Virus record (IMG/VR): IMGVR_UViG_3300028920_000039
Location: 32,001 to 96,000 of that record
Direction: 5' to 3' (one strand)
DNA from: a virus
Length of the DNA stretch: 64,000 nucleotides
Position numbers and translations under genes: made by a program. Numbering within the stretch: the stretch's first letter is position 1; each line of letters starts with the position of its first letter. The notes beneath the pieces are model-generated. The model was not told where the DNA came from, did not search any database, and worked only from the letters and a program-made list of their open reading frames with translations. Below, in pieces: positions 58,076 to 64,000 of this stretch.

Positions 58076-61000
58076 ATGGCTATACGCTACTACTGTGGAG
58101 ACGGTTGGAAAACCGTTTCCTTTGCTCGCAAGGATATGGGCGCAGATGCTTATCTATTCTGCCCCGGTCCTTCATTGGAGCATGTGTCGGATGCTGACAT
58201 CCATGTTCCGGGTGTGATGGTATTTGCTGTCAACACTGCTTACCCTCGAATTCGACCCGATGTCTGGATAGGAATGGACGTCAAGGAGAAGTGTTACGAC
58301 AAAGCTCTCTGGAGTGAGCCTTTCAGAAAGATCTGTCGAGCCGGGCGTTCGAAGGCAGGGGTGGACGGTAAGAAGATCTGTGAGTTCCCTGAGGTGTACT
58401 GGGCTGATGTTTCTGGTGATAACATCAAGGATATTTTCAATGGGCGGGCCCATGATTCTTGCTTTGTTTACATGCATAATACCTTAACAGTTGCTTGTCA
58501 TATCATGGTGTGGATGGGGGCCAAGAGGATCCATTTCGTCGGTTGTGATCAGGACAATTCGAAGAAGGACTATCATGACAATCGCAAGTTGCATGATCGT
58601 GACAGAGAAGAGAACTTCCGCCTGTACAAGAAGCAGACAAAGTTTCTACGGCAATTCATGACGTTAGGTCTCCAGCATGGCATTGAGTGTATTTCTTGTA
58701 CCCCGGGTTCGCCGATAAATGAGTTCATGGACTACGTTCCTCTTCAGGAGGCCTTGCGTGTTTCTCAGGAGAAGTCGCCAAAGCGTGGCTACAGTGAGAT
58801 TCTGAATACACGAGAGGTGGAGCGCAAGCAGCTTCAGCAGTGGGGCACACCTGAGCTTGGTAGAGGTGTGGTAGTAGCCTTCAATGAGAACATGGAGTGG
58901 ATGGGGGAATGGTGGTGGGAGAATCTGCGAAGGCATGTGGATGTGTCCGCACCGGTTGCATTTGTTGATCTAGGAATGTCGCCTCCAATGCGCAAATGGT
59001 GTGAGAACAGAGGGCGTATCATTGATTTCACTTGGTCTCCGATTCGTCCTGACGGTGACAAGAAAACGTTTCGAGTAGAGCATGGCTGGAAGCCTTTCGT
59101 CTTTTTCAAGTCGCCGTTCAGGGAAACATTGTTCCTCGATGTTGACTGTGAAGTAGTAGGCGATGTGCTATCGGTGTTTGAGCATCTTGGAAAGAACCGT
59201 TTCGGGATCGCTAAGGACCAGTTGTACCATCAGTTGAAATCGAAGCAGGAACTCTTGCCCGGAGAAGTGATGCACAATAGCGGTGTGTTGGCTGTTAGGC
59301 ATGGCTCAAAGATCGTCGAGCAGTGGGCCAAGGCTATTATTGATGTAGGTGTTGATGGATGGAGAGACAATGATCAGCCTATTCTCAACAAAGTACTCAC
59401 CACATCCGGTATCGAATACGCAGAGATTCCGCCGGAGTACAACCTGCTAGCTCCGTATGCTCAGAACTGGAAGAGCCGATGCAAGGCTGAGGTTGTCACT
59501 TCACCGAAGGTGCTTCATCGGTTGACATCACATCCTCATTCTTTCAACACGCTTCGAACTATTCTTGAAGAGCGCTTTTGTGTAGACGGTATCTGGCTAA
59601 GAGATGCAGATATCTTCCTCAAGTGTTTGTGGGCAAACGAAGCGATGGCAGATAAGGGTGTGGTGATCGGAGTTGACGCTAACCAAGAGTGGATGATACC
59701 ATGGTGGGTTGAGAATTATCGTAGGCATAACAATTACCCTGTGTTGGTAGCCGATTTCGGGTTGACGGATGATGGGATCGAGCTTTGCCGCCAGCTGAAC
59801 CTTGGAGTATCGGCGACCGTTTCACTTGAAGGCCACGGTTGGTTCAAGAAGCCACTCGGTTGTCTTCAGACGATATTCAAGAAGACTGTATGGATGGATA
59901 CAGATGTCGAAGTTCGAAAGGATATCGGTCCGCTGTTTGACTACAGTGAGAACAACATGTTTGGCATCACATACGACCGCGGTACCCCTCAGCAGTACAA
60001 AGATGCCATGCCTTGGGACGCGACTATCTACAACAGCGGTTGTATCTCGTATCGTCACAACGACCCTCTTATTCAGAAGTGGGCTATGATAACAGTGATG
60101 ACCCACGAGCTGAAACCACAGCCTGGGAAGTTGTTCTGCGTCTGTGGTGACCAAGAAACGTTGGCGATGGCTATTCGTCGTTACGCTAAACATCGAATTC
60201 ACAGGATACCGAAGGAGGACTTTGCCCTTCGGCTGAGCAGCGATCCAGATGACTGCATTGCCAAACACTGGACTGGTCCGACAGGTAAGAAGGTCATCAA
60301 ACAGCAGATGGCGGATTCTCGTAAGGACATCGGGGTGATGGTGGGTCTTCTGGACGAGGACACTGAATGGTTGCTTGAATGGTGGTATGCCAACTACAAG
60401 CGCTACAACGACCTGCCTGTGTGTTTTGTTGACTGTGGCATGAGCGATTCGGCACGAGCTTTTTGTGAGGAACGAGGCCGGATTGTAAAGCTGGTCACCA
60501 AACCCCATATCAAGAGCTGGTTCAGAAAGCCGTGGGCACTTCTCGAAACACCATTTCAGCGAACACTTTTCATTGAGACTGATGTCGAAGTCAGAGGCAA
60601 CATCAGAGATCTTATCGTGAATACAGGCGGTCTTGGCATGGTGTACGAGCGTTCCACTAAAGAAGAGTCGGTTGCTTTGAAGAGACATTTTGGTGATAAG
60701 AGGCGGCATAATGTTCCTGACGATGCGCTTGTATACGATGGCGGTCAGCTTGTTTTCAACAGTGACGAGCCAATGCTACAGAGGTGGGCCGATGCCGTTG
60801 AAGAAACCAAGCACCTGCCTGCATGCAACACTGACAACAGCGGTCCGGTGGAGAACGGGTTTGTTGGCGACCATGAGATTCTTGCCAAGGTAATGTATGA
60901 GATGCGTAAAGGGGTTCACATTATGCCACGGTGTGCCAATAAGTACTATGGGCCGCCAAAGGACAGTCTCTTGTATCACAGATGTGGCTACAAAGGGCAA

Positions 61001-62362
61001 GGAAAGGATTCCATCAAGCGTCAGACAGAACGGAAGCAGTTGCCCGAAACCTCGAAACCAAAATCTGTTGTTGAGCAGGATAAAGGTGTGCTTGTCGGCA
61101 TTTTGTATGAGGACACAGAGCAGATGTTGGACTGGTGGATGGGCAACTACTTGTGGCACAACTCATTGCCTGTTTGCTTCGTAGGCTACAAGACAACTCC
61201 TGAAACCAGGGAGAAGTGCGAGGCATGGGGCATCTTCATCGATATTAGCGACATCAATTTCGTGGAAGGTCGTTGGAAGCGCCCCTTTGCTATGCAGCGG
61301 ACGCCTTTCAAGCATACCGTGTGGATAGATATCGATTGTGAGGTGAGGGGTAATGTAGGACGGCTTCTCGATATGAAGTCCCCTTCTCTTATGTTTGAGC
61401 GTCGAACTGAAAAGCTGACTATGGTGTCTAATCTACAGACAACTGCTGATCCACGTCAGTGGGCTAATGTGCCTTCTCAGGCAAAGGCTTTTGATGCTGG
61501 GGTAGTGCGTTTCGACAAAGGGTGCGATCTTATTGCTAAATGGTGTGAGCGATGCAAGATTGTCAGAAGGCTACCGGTAGAAATGGTAGAGGATGAGGTC
61601 TTTGCTGAGGAAAACGGTTTCGTCTATGATCAGGAGGTGCTGTCACTGATTGTGCATGAGAATCAGGTACCTGTTGGTTGGATCCCAAACAAAAATTGTC
61701 GAAACAAGCATTACGGCGACAGCGGTGTCTTTCAGGTGTATCATCGTTGTGGTGGTGGGCTTGAGGGCAAGGGCGGTATCCGAAAGCAGATTCGGGAGCA
61801 TCCGATTGTCATCAGACACAACAGTTTGGTGCTGGCTTGCCGAAAAGATCTTCTTGCTCGGATGGGGCAGAATGTGGTTTGTTGTGAAGTAGGAGTTGGT
61901 GAAGGAGAGCTCTCTGTCAAGATCAACTCTATGCTTCATCCTAAGAAACTGCATCTGGTGGACCTATGGAAGCACCAGGAAGAGGGTTACGAAGACGAAA
62001 ACAATGTGAGTGATGAAGAGCACGCTCGTCGAAAGGCGCATGTTGAAGGCATATTCAAGAACTGCGCCAATGTTCAGATTCATCAGGGCTGGTCTACCGA
62101 TGTCGTTGCACAATTCCCTAATCACTACTTTGATTTTGTGTACATTGATGCTAACCACTACTTCGATCCGGTACTGGCTGATCTCGAAGCATACGCTCCT
62201 AAGGTCAAAAAGAATGGGTTCCTATGCGGTCACGACTATGCTGGTTTGAACCCCATGTTTGAGGTTGAGGAGGCTGTCCAAGAGTTTTGTAACAGGCACA
62301 ACTGGCGGTTACTCTACACCACAGATGAAGAGTGGCCCAGCTTCGTTTTGAGGCGGTTATGA
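58076..62362 (+). CDS. multidomain glycosylation enzyme: Maf/DUF115-like domain, 4 tandem GT-A domains, class I SAM methyltransferase
   Basis: CPGPSL...FVGCD; four W..WW..NY..H...KP....PF..T.(F/W).D.D.EV units; EVGV, VDLW, DFVYIDANH, GHDY. Confidence 0.8.
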   Translation: MAIRYYCGDGWKTVSFARKDMGADAYLFCPGPSLEHVSDADIHVPGVMVFAVNTAYPRIRPDVWIGMDVKEKCYDKALWSEPFRKICRAGRSKAGVDGKKICEFPEVYWADVSGDNIKDIFNGRAHDSCFVYMHNTLTVACHIMVWMGAKRIHFVGCDQDNSKKDYHDNRKLHDRDREENFRLYKKQTKFLRQFMTLGLQHGIECISCTPGSPINEFMDYVPLQEALRVSQEKSPKRGYSEILNTREVERKQLQQWGTPELGRGVVVAFNENMEWMGEWWWENLRRHVDVSAPVAFVDLGMSPPMRKWCENRGRIIDFTWSPIRPDGDKKTFRVEHGWKPFVFFKSPFRETLFLDVDCEVVGDVLSVFEHLGKNRFGIAKDQLYHQLKSKQELLPGEVMHNSGVLAVRHGSKIVEQWAKAIIDVGVDGWRDNDQPILNKVLTTSGIEYAEIPPEYNLLAPYAQNWKSRCKAEVVTSPKVLHRLTSHPHSFNTLRTILEERFCVDGIWLRDADIFLKCLWANEAMADKGVVIGVDANQEWMIPWWVENYRRHNNYPVLVADFGLTDDGIELCRQLNLGVSATVSLEGHGWFKKPLGCLQTIFKKTVWMDTDVEVRKDIGPLFDYSENNMFGITYDRGTPQQYKDAMPWDATIYNSGCISYRHNDPLIQKWAMITVMTHELKPQPGKLFCVCGDQETLAMAIRRYAKHRIHRIPKEDFALRLSSDPDDCIAKHWTGPTGKKVIKQQMADSRKDIGVMVGLLDEDTEWLLEWWYANYKRYNDLPVCFVDCGMSDSARAFCEERGRIVKLVTKPHIKSWFRKPWALLETPFQRTLFIETDVEVRGNIRDLIVNTGGLGMVYERSTKEESVALKRHFGDKRRHNVPDDALVYDGGQLVFNSDEPMLQRWADAVEETKHLPACNTDNSGPVENGFVGDHEILAKVMYEMRKGVHIMPRCANKYYGPPKDSLLYHRCGYKGQGKDSIKRQTERKQLPETSKPKSVVEQDKGVLVGILYEDTEQMLDWWMGNYLWHNSLPVCFVGYKTTPETREKCEAWGIFIDISDINFVEGRWKRPFAMQRTPFKHTVWIDIDCEVRGNVGRLLDMKSPSLMFERRTEKLTMVSNLQTTADPRQWANVPSQAKAFDAGVVRFDKGCDLIAKWCERCKIVRRLPVEMVEDEVFAEENGFVYDQEVLSLIVHENQVPVGWIPNKNCRNKHYGDSGVFQVYHRCGGGLEGKGGIRKQIREHPIVIRHNSLVLACRKDLLARMGQNVVCCEVGVGEGELSVKINSMLHPKKLHLVDLWKHQEEGYEDENNVSDEEHARRKAHVEGIFKNCANVQIHQGWSTDVVAQFPNHYFDFVYIDANHYFDPVLADLEAYAPKVKKNGFLCGHDYAGLNPMFEVEEAVQEFCNRHNWRLLYTTDEEWPSFVLRRL

Positions 62363-64000
62363 AGAGAACCCGTTGGCTGAACAATCCAATCTCCCATCCT
62401 TCTCGTTATCATCCTGTTTACCGAACTGACGAAGGCGAGTACAAGGTATTCAGGATGCGCGGTAAGAAGATAGTGATGGATGTCAACACTCTGGACCTTT
62501 TTCAACCACCAGACAACGGAGATCCGGTGGCTCCGCCGATGCCTGTCTTACCTCAGTTTGTTCGTCCTCACATGCGAACTATCAAGCAGTTGGCACTGAA
62601 TGTTACGCATGCTTGTCAGTTACGGTGTGACTACTGCTATCTGTCTCACTTTTACCCAGAGATGGAAGCCAAGATGGGTGTTGACACAGCTATCAGAGCA
62701 GTGGATGAGCTCTTTAACCACTCGGCACTGGATAAACTGCCTGACGATTACACAGGCAGGGGTCCAGGCATTTCCTTCTTTGGTGGCGAACCTCTTCTTA
62801 ATTTTCCTCTCATAGAAGCAGTTGTAGCACACGCGAGAAGCCGGTCAAAACACTTTAGATTCGGTGTTACCACTAACGGGGTAGCAGTGACACCTTCTAT
62901 AGCAAAATTCCTGGCAGAGAACAAATTCTCAATGATTGTATCGGTTGATGGCCCCAAAGCCTTACATGATAAGCACCGAAAGTTTCCTGATGGCAACGGT
63001 TGTTTTGATTCAGTAGTTGAAGGCCTGGAGATGTTGCGTGATGCTGGTGTTGAGAAAATCACTCTGCGTTCAACTTTCTTACCTGATGAAACAGAGCTGC
63101 TGGAGCGAACCAAGTATCTGAACGAACTGTGCGACAACAATTATGCTCAAAATGTTTCAATTGAGCCTGCTTGCTTATCGGAAGGCTGTGCTTTTGATGG
63201 TGAGGTGCGGTTCACGGTTGCAAATGTAAAAAAGCTGCAGAAGGAGTATCTTGTTGTTGCTGATTGGTTGGCTTCTCGAATCATTGATGATGAGAAAGCA
63301 CGGTTTCACAACATCATGTCATATGTGGATCGGTTGGTCAACAAGAAGCAGTATTGTACCGAGTGTGGTGCCGGGGTAGGTTTTTTGGCAGTTTCCCCTG
63401 TAGGCAAGATCTGTGCGTGCCATCGAGAGATGAATTCGGAGATTGGCGATCTTGAAAGAGGTGGTGTTTGTGAGAAGGCTCGAGCTCCGTGGTTTGACAA
63501 TAGATATTACCTTTGTCAGAAGTGCACAAGATGCAAGATTCGAAACCTCTGCGGAGGGCCATGTCGAGAACACAACATTACGGCAAAAGGTGATATGCAC
63601 ACTCCCGATCCTGTTTTTTGTGAGTTCTACAACATCTGGGCGAAGGCAGCAGTGTCGATTCTAGACCAAGTGGAGCACAAGAAGTTACAGGAGCTGTTTC
63701 CTGCTTACAAGAAACGACAACCTACCATAGTCAGGAAAGCTGTCGAGGAGGAGTACGCATTCGTTAGAGAAGCGGGTGGCTTTGGGGATATTGTGAGTAT
63801 AGGTGCTGCGGCTCGATGCTTGAAGCACGAGAAGCCAGATTGTCATATCACTTTGTATGTCCCGGGTGAATTCAAGAATGTGGTACAGCACTTGAAAGGT
63901 GTGGATGAGATGGTGAGTCTGGGTTCTCTACGTGAGTTGGTTGACGTCAGACGGAAGCGGGGCACACCTTTCAGTCGAGCCGATTATCCCTACTTGGAAA
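62359..64000 (+). CDS. radical SAM/SPASM protein fused to GT9-like glycosyltransferase (3' truncated; absent from ORF track)
   Basis: my translation from ATG 62359 has no stop to the window end: CQLRCDYC (62614..62637), FFGGEPLLNF, TTNG, SVDG...HD..R; SPASM CGAG...CACH...CTRC...CGGPC...C; then FVREAGGFGDIV...LK...PD..I. Confidence 0.9.
   Translation, partial: MKRTRWLNNPISHPSRYHPVYRTDEGEYKVFRMRGKKIVMDVNTLDLFQPPDNGDPVAPPMPVLPQFVRPHMRTIKQLALNVTHACQLRCDYCYLSHFYPEMEAKMGVDTAIRAVDELFNHSALDKLPDDYTGRGPGISFFGGEPLLNFPLIEAVVAHARSRSKHFRFGVTTNGVAVTPSIAKFLAENKFSMIVSVDGPKALHDKHRKFPDGNGCFDSVVEGLEMLRDAGVEKITLRSTFLPDETELLERTKYLNELCDNNYAQNVSIEPACLSEGCAFDGEVRFTVANVKKLQKEYLVVADWLASRIIDDEKARFHNIMSYVDRLVNKKQYCTECGAGVGFLAVSPVGKICACHREMNSEIGDLERGGVCEKARAPWFDNRYYLCQKCTRCKIRNLCGGPCREHNITAKGDMHTPDPVFCEFYNIWAKAAVSILDQVEHKKLQELFPAYKKRQPTIVRKAVEEEYAFVREAGGFGDIVSIGAAARCLKHEKPDCHITLYVPGEFKNVVQHLKGVDEMVSLGSLRELVDVRRKRGTPFSRADYPYLE

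Noticed and set aside
59822-60709. 295-aa antisense ORF inside the multi-GT gene
   Set aside because: Shadow ORF of a well-supported sense gene; no motifs or RBS

Overview
The window is a fragment of a large tailed (myovirus-like, T4-type architecture) bacteriophage genome. All supportable genes lie on the + strand. From left to right: (i) 1-17 kb, an accessory block of acidic, repeat-rich putative internal-head proteins mixed with enzymes (patatin fragment, nucleotidyltransferase, KTSC protein, GT2, 5'-3' exonuclease, RNR TSCPD fragment, papain-like protease, HD hydrolase). (ii) 17.2-27 kb, a dense glycan synthesis/tailoring cluster (GTs, two sulfotransferases, FkbM and DUF268-like methyltransferases, an SGNH hydrolase), then queD and an HNH endonuclease. 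(iii) 28.7-37 kb, head genes (prohead protease-scaffold fusion, major capsid protein). (iv) 37-54 kb, neck, tail sheath/tube, chaperone with a candidate programmed frameshift, tape measure and baseplate. (v) 54-64 kb, Cys-rich and collagen-like baseplate/fibre proteins, followed by a 1428-aa multi-domain glycosyltransferase and a radical SAM/SPASM enzyme fused to a GT9-like domain. The last ORF runs off the window and is missing from the supplied ORF track. The most interesting hypothesis is a phage-encoded virion-protein modification system: ranthipeptide-like thioether crosslinking plus glycosylation of structural proteins carrying SCxxxC motifs and Thr-rich collagen. All family assignments come from motif recognition by eye; no searches were run.
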